Below are positions 39,901 to 49,840 of a DNA stretch of 49,840 nt, in pieces. The DNA lies in the NCBI GenBank assembly GCA_030141605.1, contig JAQGDQ010001279.1, positions 1-49,840 on the forward strand. The letters are read 5' to 3'. The translations under genes were made by a program, and so were the position numbers. The notes under the pieces are model-generated. The model made no database searches. It had not been told where the DNA came from and worked only from the letters and a program-made list of their open reading frames with translations. The stretch comes from Tubiluchus corallicola. Taxonomy: Eukaryota > Animalia > Priapulida. The stretch's first letter is position 1. Each line of letters opens with the position of its first letter.

Positions 39901-42569
39901 ATCTTCAGCAAAGCGAGGATATGGCTCAACTAACTCCAAATTTAACATGGCTTCACTTCTAACTGCAGGATCAAACGTCACAATCGCAAAGATTCTAACA
40001 TTGTACCGTTTCTGATCATGTCGTTTTAAATCTTCATTAAGAATTACGAAGCCACTGTTATCAATTCTGAACCGCTGATAAGGATCTGAGTCCCATGAGT
40101 AATCCACAGCATAAGTAAATTCTTGAAAATCTGATTCTTGCGAGTGTGCTATAAATTGAGTTACAGTTGTATCTGTTAATGCATCTTTTTCACGCAAACT
40201 GACACTGTTATTATCATCTTCGAATTTTGGCGGTGTATCTGGCAAGTTATTTAATCTAAGAACAACCTCAGTACTGTCCACATGAGTTGGGTGACCATCG
40301 GTGACATTGACATCAAACTCAATCACACGGTGTTGAGGATTTTCATAATCTAATACTTCTTTTACCTGAAGTATTCCTGTCCCTGTTTTAGGATCAGATA
40401 CAAGATGGAACATTTCCACAATGTCATTATTTACTATTGAAAATTCAAGCTTTGCATTATCTCCTACATCTTCATCATATGCATCCATTCGAAGAAGAAA
40501 AGAATATTCTGGTAATCCTTCATCTACAGTAACATCATATAAAGATTCATTAAACTTGGGTGAATTATCATTTTTGTCAACAATATGAATTACAACTTCT
40601 TGTTGCTCACCAATAAGAGGTGGAGTACCTTGGTCTCTCGCATTAATTTTGATATAGTATGTATCTTCCTGTTCTCGATCAAATTCTCTTTCAGATGTTA
40701 CCTCTCCCGTGTTTGCATCAATGGAAAAGTCATCACTGTGCTCCATCTCATAGACTATTGTTCCTCCAGGAGTTCCTTTTTTATCGTAATCTGTTGCAGT
40801 TGCCAGCATTACTGCTGTCTGTGGAAATTCTCCTTCTAGTATATAGCCATGTATCAATCCATCCAAGTCCACATCAAGCCAATATGGAGGATAATTATTT
40901 TGATCTTCTAGAGTAACTATAACTTTGGTGTAGCCAGTGTTGCCGACACTGTCCATCACAGACACCAACAGATTGTACACTTCTTGACCATAAGGAGGGT
41001 CCCTTATCAGTGGTTTGTTCATTGTAATGTCACCAGTTTGCTTGTCTATGGAAAAGGCAGGATCATCAGCAGGAAGTGAACCTTGCCCACTCAGTTCAAA
41101 CTGAAATGCATCATCTGGTGAATCAGGATCAACAAAATTACCATGAGCTTTGAAAATGTTAATAGGAGCATTTGTATTTCTTTCAGGTGTAGATATGTTA
41201 TATTCATTTTCACTGAATGACGGCGGTCGCAAATTTTCAATCCTAAGAGTTATCTGCAGTTGACACGTGCTGCTTTGACTACCATCTGTTATTGCAGCAG
41301 TTAGGTTATAAACTTTTTTTATCTGGTAGTCAAGCTGCTTTTGAACGTATACTTCTCCTGTCGTTTGTCCTATTCCAAATGAACCTAATTCATTACCATC
41401 GACTATGTAATAGTGTAGAATTGTAAAATAGGAATTGTCTTCAGCAGAAAGTGTGAACACATTTGATCCAACAGACAGAGATTCTGACGCATTAGTACTG
41501 TATGTAGATTGCTGGAACTTTGGTATGTTAACCAAAGTGTAAACAGCCACATGTACCAAAGCCAGAGAAGTATGAAACGGAGGCTCATAATCACAGCATG
41601 CTGAATCATCCTGTGCTGACACTTCAATCTCATAGGAGTCTGAACCAATTAACCGAGCAGTTGTAATGACACCAGTCTTTGAGTCAATTTGAAAAATCTG
41701 ACCAGGATTAGTAACGATGCTGTAAGTGATTCCATCATTGTCAAGATCAATCGCATTTACTGCAGTCACTAACGATCCAGGTCTTGCATTTTCAGCAATT
41801 GTTGCATTATAACGAGACTTTGTGAATTCTGGTGCATGTGTGTTCTTGTTTTTGATATATAGTATCAGTGTACTGACGTCCTCTCGGTAAGGTACTTGTC
41901 CTTTCCTATCCTGTGCCACTACCGACATTCTATATGGTGACTGGGAATAATCCAGTCGTACCAGATTTCTGACCACACCATTTTCATCTATCGTAAAACG
42001 TCTGTCATTGCTTTTATACAAAATTTCTGCATTTAAACCATCATCTAGATCTGTAGCTAGGACTGTTGCTATAGGTGTAACATTAACTTCAGCTTTTTCA
42101 TCTACATCAAACTCAACAAATGGATTCATTATAAAATGTGGATCATGGTTATTTACATCTGTTACTTGTAGAATTAACTCAGTTTCAGATTGTTCACTTC
42201 CAGGAACTTGCTCAATAGCTGCAACCTTATATCGAAAAGTTATCTTTTGATCCGGATCTGAATAATTGAGCTCTGACATCTGCAGAACTACATTACCACT
42301 GTTGGCATCTGGTATTTCAAAACTGCCATTACTGTTCATAGAATATACAATTTTATTTTTAGTGAAAGACTTTGCCATTATGGTTTCCACTACAACACCA
42401 TATGATGTATTTTCATAGACATCAGTAATATACTCCACCTGTGCAAACTGAGGAGGTCGAAGTCCCACCATAATGGATACCGTTTCTAAAGGTGTAACCT
42501 GTTCTTCTGAGCCACTTCTATTCCTTGCGTTCACACGTAAAATGAACTGTTTTCCAAGTGGATAGCTTT
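36901..42569 (-). CDS. Cadherin copy B, exon 2: type III/DN-cadherin-like ectodomain, TM helix and 49-aa tail (whole protein 2073 aa with exon 1)
   Basis: Acceptor tttcAG at 42570 with phase matching exon 1. Uninterrupted ORF with EC, NC, EGF and LamG motifs. TM ALAALIICSLLLLMLVAAVFVF at about 37054-37122 followed by WRK. Confidence 0.93.
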
Positions 42570-42698
42570 CTGAAATTTAATTTAATTCAGTCTAAATTTA
42601 CTTTTGACAAAAGAAAACCCAATAAATTCTGCTGTGAAATATGTATGAATTGGTGGTAGATAAGAATTTATTGCAGAATGTATAGCAGCCGTAATATA

Positions 42699-43699
42699 CC
42701 GTAAGACGGGGTGAGTTCGCCACTTTTTAGGGGCATTTTTTACGTTTCCTGCCATAGCAAGAGAATTACCCAACCGATTTTCTTAGTTCAAGCTTTATAT
42801 TGCCTTTCGAATGAAACACCATCGTGGGGTGAATTCGCCACTAACAATTTAACACTGTTTAATGCCATTCTAGGCAGCTGAAGTTAACTGGTTGTGATTG
42901 GCTGGTTGGGGGTGAGTTCGCCACCCTATGAAAAAATTATGAAAAATGTCTAGTTTTAGCCGAATTATTGAAAATGTTCGATGGTGGGACGTTTTCAATA
43001 AGGGGCCCTACGTTGGCAAGGAAGGCTTGAACGTCTTGTGCACTGATCTTATCGCGGGCGCCCTTGATGTTGCCAGCCACTCTGAAAACCAGATTGTTCC
43101 TTCGGGCGAATGATTTGACAAAGTCTATTCCAGGGGTGTTTGCCTTGAATCGTCGTTCCTGGATTCCATTTGCGTCAAGAACACTCTTAATCAGTAGTCA
43201 GAGATCGATGGCAGTCATTGGGAACCCCTACTCAGCGGCCACTTGGAGTGTTGGCGATTTCGTGCTCCTCGGCGGCGGAGAACACTGGCTGACCTCCGGT
43301 CTTCCGCGGATGACTTCCTGAGAGTTTGTCAGAAAAGGTCTTTGTTCGAACTCCGAATTGCCTCGCCGCTGCGCTGATTGTCCTGTTGGTATTCTTGACG
43401 GCATGTAGGGTAGCGTCCAGAGCTTTTGGGGTATAATTTTGGTATCTATGACCAGGTACAGGGGTGCAGGTGCGTGGCATGTTAAGTAGCCAGAAATAGT
43501 AGACAAATAATATGTAACGCAGAATGGAATACTTCTAGTGCGAATTGAAAGAAGATAACTGTCCCAAACTGCTTATAATGACGGTGATCATGATATCTGT
43601 TCATTAAACACTGAACAATAGTTACAGCAAACCTACAATGGCCATTACGTAAGAGGTGGCGAACTCACCCTCGGGTGGCGAACTCACCCCGTTTTACGG
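42699..43699 (-). mobile_element. pogo/Tigger-family DNA transposon, internally deleted, in copy B intron
   Basis: TIRs CCGTAAGACGGGGTGAGTTCGCCAC and GTGGCGAACTCACCCCGTTTTACGG, TA duplication at 42697-98 and 43700-01, psq-type HTH fragment (ISAAARQFGVRTKTFSDKL..GGQPVFSAAEEHEIA), exact empty site in copy A at about 12742-12765. Confidence 0.92.
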
Positions 43700-44050
43700 T
43701 ATATTCAAAAATGACCTCACATTAAATACAGATTAGATCACAACATGAGTGGAACATTGAACTTTTTGATTATTTCTTGCTTATAAGCACCTTATAAAAA
43801 CAAATAAAACCCATCGAAGGAATTCCTGAAACATCAGGAAATTAGAAAATTAGTTAAAATCTTTAAAAATTTTACGTATAATTTTACAATTTAGAAAGCT
43901 GTTGTCCCACTCACAATGTGATTTAATCTACATTTAATTTGTGATCATTTTTTAATATATATTATTGTTGCTACCCATGTTAAAAAAATTCATTTCCTAT
44001 CGTATCTTGTTAACTGAACAAGTCTGCCCTACTTCTATTTACAAATATTA

Positions 44051-44178
44051 CTCTCTCTTTCTCTCCCTCTGCCTCTCTTTCTCTCTCTCTCACTCACTCT
44101 TTTTTTCCTCTCTCTCTCTCTGTCTCTCTCTCTCTCTGTCTCTCTCTCTCTCCCCCTCTCTTTCTCTCTCTCTCTCTC

Positions 44179-44219
<41 letters not shown>

Positions 44220-44220
44220 A

Positions 44221-44274
<54 letters not shown>

Positions 44275-44305
44275 TCTCTTTCTCTCTCTCTCTCTCTTTC
44301 TCTCC
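44051..44305. repeat. (TC)n microsatellite in copy B intron
   Basis: Directly visible. Confidence 0.93.
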
Positions 44306-44911
44306 CATTCCTTTAAACACTATTAAACACTATTGTCTCTCTCATTTCTTTTCCTCCTCATTCTCTGATATAACATAATTTGATAAAACAAAAATTTAAG
44401 AATGTGGTAGGAACCACTTCCAATAAGCATTATATATAAGATCTTCAGTTTGCTATTGCAAGAATACATTACACGATAGAAACACAATCGAATAAGCCTT
44501 TTCACAGTACCAGTGATTGACATTGACCGTGAAAAGGTCAAAGGTGAAGTGTACCAGACATTTGTGTACACTTGACAATGCCTGGCATCGCAAACTGTTG
44601 TAATAGTAACAGCTATTCAGAACCTTACCTAGTTTATTTTTCCTTGTTCCCAAGCAAGATCCTAGTAGTAAATCACTCTACACACAAACTAATGCATAAT
44701 TAAGTAAAATCCATGTAAAACAACTGAAGTTACTGAACTGAACTGCGACGGACGGTTTTGCTTTACACGTATGTTACATGAATTTTGTAATTAAGACATG
44801 TTGCTGTGGTACACTTGACCTTTGACCTACAGTAACTGCACGTGTGCACAACAAAAATGTGAAAGGGCTTATTACATGTAAAAACTTATACCTTGAGTGT
44901 TTAGTGCCTAC

Positions 44912-45464
44912 CTGCAACAGCCCGTGTTGTACGAATATATCCCAGATGTGGGTCAACCAGAAACAGACCTTCACTATTATAATCCAACACTAGATTGTAC
45001 ACAATATCCCCATCTCCATCATCTACCGTTGACAACTCGTACACCAGTTCACCACTAGATGCTTGAGGATTTAGAACTGCTTGAAACGGATATGGTGAAC
45101 AACTAAACTTTGGTTTATTATCATCTAGAATGTTGACATCAACATCGGCATATTCTTCGTTCAGTGAAATCAAGTTCGTAATCTTCACTCTTAATTCAAT
45201 GAGATTCTTTTGTATGGACAAGTGCCTATTTTCCTTGACGTATAAGTGACCATGATAGGGATGTACTCCGATGTAGAAATCTTCCCTTACGACCTTGAAT
45301 CTCAAATTTGAAGATTCTCCACTTGGCAGATTCTGAAGGGAGCAGTTGGGTATTGTTCCAATTGTGCTAACTGTTACATTACACACTAGATCGCTTACTG
45401 TGAAATGAGCAAAATGACACAGTACAATAATAAATGGTAGATATTTTCCAAATGAGGCGACCAT
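44912..45464 (-). CDS. Cadherin copy B, exon 1 (signal peptide plus first EC repeats)
   Basis: Near-identical to 11172-11724, with the same donor GCAG|GTAGGC at 44912/44911. Confidence 0.88.
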
Positions 45465-46517
45465 AGTGGATATTTCGTTTCTTAATATATTAATAATTCC
45501 GCGAACTGAGTATCTCGTGCTCGATAATTAATATTATAGTAATTAAAGATATCAGAGTTTCGGTAAACAATTTATCGTATAATCACTTCTATATAAGCTC
45601 AACAGATGAAATTAATAATGAGAAAATACACGATATAAACGTGCTGCTTTCTTCGTGCACACCAAAGAAACATTTAAATTTCAGCTCTGCTTGAATCAAC
45701 TTAAAAACTGAATTCATAAATCATGTAAAGCAAATAAAATTGTTAAACAAACAATCAACTGCAGTTTCAAAAGGTTTATTAGCCAATGAAGCTGTTTTTC
45801 TGCATCAGCAATAGTAGTAGTAATAGTTTGTTATCCGTGTAGCTTGGAAGAACTTTGTGAACACATGATTAACAATGCAAATTTATGACAAGTATACAGA
45901 ACATTGATTTAGTACAATGTATGATCAATGTACGTGGAGGAGATGCATCAGTAATTAGTCTCATAAGTTAGAGAAAATCTGTCGCCATTGAAATACAGGA
46001 CAATCTAGAACTACAAGTAAAAGTGGCAGCGATAGTGACGGTGGGGTCGCCACCTTCTCACAAATCAAAATCGGAAGTCAAGAATCAGCTAGGGGGACTG
46101 GAGGTAGTGCTGCAAACCAATGCATTTCCTGTATTATAAGGGCTTTTTAAGAAAAAATTAAGAAATTAAATCACAAGGAAGTACAAATTTCTTGATTTTA
46201 GATGCTAAAAAAGCTTTAAAAGTCTAAAACTTACAAAAGTGCAAATAGTTACGTCTACTTTTAGACTTCAATCCCAGTCCTGATGCACATTTCTCACATT
46301 TTCAGCTTCATGGAGATTTTAGTTTTTAGCTGCCAAATTATTAAGAACTTTATGTTACACGAATTTTAGACAAATCTTCTCTTCCGTGCTGTTTCTGTTA
46401 TTAAGACGAAATTGGCTCAAGCAGAGGGAAAATGGCCGAAGATTACTTGCATTGCACTTTTGTCGGAAGTGGTGCTGACAAGCCACTGGCATAGCAGTGT
46501 CTAGTTTTTTGCTGGAT

Positions 46518-47650
46518 TACAAATACGGCTTTCTTTCCCAGTTTCTCTGACAAATACGGCTTTCTTTCCCAGTTTCTCTGACAAATAGGGCTTTATTTCC
46601 CAGTTTTTCTGACAAATAGGGCTTTCTTTCCCAGTTTCTCTGACAAACAGAGCTTTCTTTCCCAGTTTCTTTGACAAATAGGGCTTTCTTTCCCAGTTTC
46701 TCTGACAAATAGGGCTTTCTTTCCCAGTTTCTCTGAGAAAAAGGGCTTTCTTTCCCAGTTTTTCTGACAAATAGGGCTTTCTTTCCCAGTTTCTCTGACA
46801 AATAGGGCTTTCTTTCCCAATTTTTCTGACAAATACGGCTTTCTTTCCCAGTTTCTCTGACAAATACGGCTTTCTTTCCCAATTTCTCTGACAAATAGGG
46901 CTTTCTTTCCCAGTTTCTTTGACAAATTAGGCTTTCTTTCCCAGTTTCTCTGACAAATAGGGCTTTCTTTCCCAGTTTCTCTGACAAATAGGGCTTTCTT
47001 TCCCAGATTCTCTGACAAATAGGGCTTTCTTTCTCAGTTTTTCTGACAAATAGGGCTTTCTATCCCAGTTTCTCTGACAAATAGGGCTTTCTTTCCCAGT
47101 TTTTCTGACAAATAGGGCTTTCTTTCACAGTTTCTCTGACAAATAGGGCTTTCTTTCCCAGATTCTCTGACAAATAGGGCTTTCTTTCTCAGTTTCTCTG
47201 ACAAATACGGCTTCCTTTCCCAGTTTCTCTGACAAATAGGGCTTCCTTTCCCTGTTTCTCTGACAAATAGGTCTTTCTTTCCCAGTTTCTCTGACAAATA
47301 GGCCTTTCTTTCCCAGTTTCTCTGAGAAATAGGGCTTCCTTTCCCAGTTTCTCTGACAAATAGGGCTTTCTTTCCCAGTTTCTCTGACAAATACGACTTT
47401 CTTTCCCAGTTTCTCTGACAAATATGGCTTTCTTTCCCAGTTTTTCTGACAAATAGGGCTTTCTTTCTCAGTTTCTCTGACAAATAGGGCTTTCTTTCCC
47501 AATTTCTCTGACAAATAGGGCTTTCTTTCCCAGTTTCTTTGACAAATTAGGCTTTCTTTCCCAGTTTCTCTGACAAATAGGGCTTTCTTTCCCAGTTTCT
47601 CTGACAAATAGGGCTTCTTTTCCCAGTTTCTCTGACAAATAGGGCTTTTT
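46518..47650. repeat. 31-bp minisatellite, about 36 copies
   Basis: Unit ACAAATAGGGCTTTCTTTCCCAGTTTCTCTG in tandem with no spacers. Explains the ORFs at 46501-47668. Confidence 0.97.
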
Positions 47651-49419
47651 GTTTGCACCCAACATCATTTTTCAACTTACAGGGTGATAACTTCAGGATA
47701 TTTCCGCGATTGTCTGCTTAGTCTGGTCAAGTGAGTTGAAAAATATATCACGTATCCTCACAAAAAGTTGCTTCACATCTATATAAATACATGATGGCAT
47801 ACTTTGTGTTATGGAATCAACAATGGCACGTTACGTATAGCTGTATGTGGAAAATTTTGATGTTCGAACATAAGTCAAACATCGAACTACATGTTTTAGC
47901 CATTTAATGCATTTAAATGTACAATACGCAATAAAAAGCTTGTATTTTTCTACAAATGCACTTGTTTAATTTGCATCCACGTTTGATCTGTTAACTTTTG
48001 GATGTGCAAAGTTCTTGCCTCAAATCCCGGGGAAACTGTGGTCGGAGACTGACTTTTAAAAAGGATAGGTCCAACGAAAAAAAAGCAGGTAAGGGATATA
48101 ATCTTCCCAACAAAGCTCCAGGCAGCAACGAATTTTCACTGAATTTCATTTTAGATGCGCATTTGTATGAAGACCACTGTACTTACCTGTGTTTAAAAAT
48201 TGCCAAAAAGGAGAAAAGATTAATTGCAATGCTAACATGTATATTCTGTAATATTTACATATACAAACAACAGTGCAACAAACAAGCAATATTAATCAGC
48301 ATATCACCTTTGTAAACTAATCTATAGGTAAGCCGTGTAAACGGGGGTATTGTTCCTGCTCTCTAAGACACTATTTATATTTAAGTATCTATGCATTGCC
48401 AATGAGTCAGGACGACAGAAGGCTTTTATAACATTCAATATCATTATGCTTAAAAACAGATGATTCACAAGAGTGTCATGAACGTTATCTTTACAAGGTC
48501 AAAACTACCAATGAATGTGGTTTCGGCAAGTGTTTCAAATCGCGACTGTTTTGTACTTGTAACAGTCCGCGACAATGCATTATGGCTTGTCTATGTGACG
48601 CGGGCGTTAAACAATAAACATACCAAATATACTGCGATCGTGAGTGTGTGCGAGTATTTTACTTAGACAAAAAACAGACTAATTAGGCTAAATGATCACG
48701 ACACCTCTCGGAAAACTGAATTTTTTCAAAATTCATTTCAGATGAATTAGATTCAGATTGCATTTTGACCATTTCTGTAGCTTCTAGAAGCTATTTCCTA
48801 AAGGAATTTCATTAGTTTAAAACACGCGTAACCCCAAACTTTTGACTCATAATTACACAAAAATATATATTGATATACAATGTTCACTAGACAAAGTCAT
48901 AAACTTACGGATTCTGTAGTATGACGAAAACTGCAAATGCTGACTATGAAAATCTTTGCTGACTTGCTATTTGTTTCAATATCATAATTTTGCTATTGCT
49001 GAATTTTCCATGTTTTATTACCTGGGAAATGTATTATAGCTCGTTTCTCCATTTAATCCAAATTAAAGAATTCAAGTATAGGGAACCATTTAAAAATATT
49101 GGCTATAATTGCTTACTTTCATTCTACGGCACGTTGTACTATAAAAGCACTTTCTTTCTAGCGCTTTAACATTTGGCAAATTCAATTCGGCTGTAATTCT
49201 GCTTGCAGAGTACGGATATTCAACCCTGAAAAATTCGGCTAAATCCTATATTAAATACTGCTCTGATATTTGTTAGATTGTGGTTAAGAAATCGTCTCCA
49301 AAGTGACAAACCGTAAATATTTAATGCAAATGTTTTAAAAGGTAGTATTTTTACTCCTATTCACTCGATATGAGCAAATTAATTCGTGCATACAATTTTC
49401 CTTTCTGGATTATCATGTC

Positions 49420-49840
49420 ACAATCGCCTTGGCTATCATTTGGCAACCAATACCCAAAAATATTTTCCTTTGCTAGTTTCTCTTATGCAATGCCATTAAA
49501 TGTTACTTTTTCCCAATTTTCTGCCAGATACACACAGATTTAGAGCTAATTGTCATAACATTTGTCTTATTTGTATTTACTATAACATGAGTGGCACCTT
49601 AAATAGCAAAACAGTTTACAAGAGCCTGAAGAACAGATATTGTCGTAGCTAAAACACGTAAGTCATCAGCATATATTAAATGATTTACAACCTTATTGCT
49701 AACGTGACAACCGGCATGAGAAAGTGCTTCACTTAGATCATAGCTGTAAAAATTAAAAATACTTGAAAGTACGCTGCTTTGGCGTACTCCATTCATTGAA
49801 GTAAAATGACTAGAGATATTTACATTCAATGTAATTGACA
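49420..49840 (-). mobile_element. RTE-X-like LINE reverse transcriptase fragment, degenerate
   Basis: NGVRQSSVLSSIFNFY..LS..GCHVSNKVVNHLIYADDLRVLA carries the YADD catalytic motif, followed by stops. Confidence 0.8.

Larger units (their letters stand above)
36610..46460 (-). repeat. Right arm of inverted segmental duplication (cadherin copy B unit)
   Basis: Reverse complement of about 10155-20830, apart from the indels described in the findings. Confidence 0.95.

Noticed and set aside
36901-45464. Assignment to Fat, Celsr/Flamingo or protocadherin
   Set aside because: About 12-16 EC repeats plus NC-EGF-LamG-EGF-LamG-EGF and one TM fits type III classical cadherin. It lacks Fat's 34 repeats and Celsr's GAIN/7TM region, and protocadherins have no LamG.
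46518-47650. CRISPR-like array of 31-bp repeats, or repeat-protein ORFs
   Set aside because: Units are contiguous with no unique spacers, there are no cas genes and the context is eukaryotic. The ORFs are translations of the minisatellite in rotating frames.

Overview
AT-rich, microsatellite-rich metazoan (invertebrate-type) nuclear DNA, not prokaryotic. The main structure is a tail-to-tail inverted duplication (about 10155-20830 on + versus about 36610-46460 on -) of a two-exon, non-chordate type III classical cadherin gene (DN-cadherin-like: signal peptide, EC repeats, NC domain, EGF, LamG, EGF, LamG, EGF, TM). The two copies carry complementary lesions. Copy A (+) keeps about 16 EC repeats but has a frameshift at about 15907 and a 169-nt deletion of the transmembrane segment. 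Copy B (-) is an intact 2073-aa ORF with a TM helix, but it lacks four whole EC repeats and has only a 49-aa tail with no beta-catenin-binding domain. The spacer holds a second, more diverged inverted repeat (about 25290-27530 versus 32325-33525) and a compound microsatellite near the symmetry axis, so the locus looks like a decaying palindrome of about 36 kb, possibly under gene conversion. Other content: a 1001-bp pogo-family transposon in B's intron (exact empty site in A), a decayed IS3EU-like transposon, RTE/RTE-X LINE fragments, tRNA-derived SINE remnants, hAT-like MITEs and several minisatellites. All family assignments come from motif recognition by eye. No database search was run.
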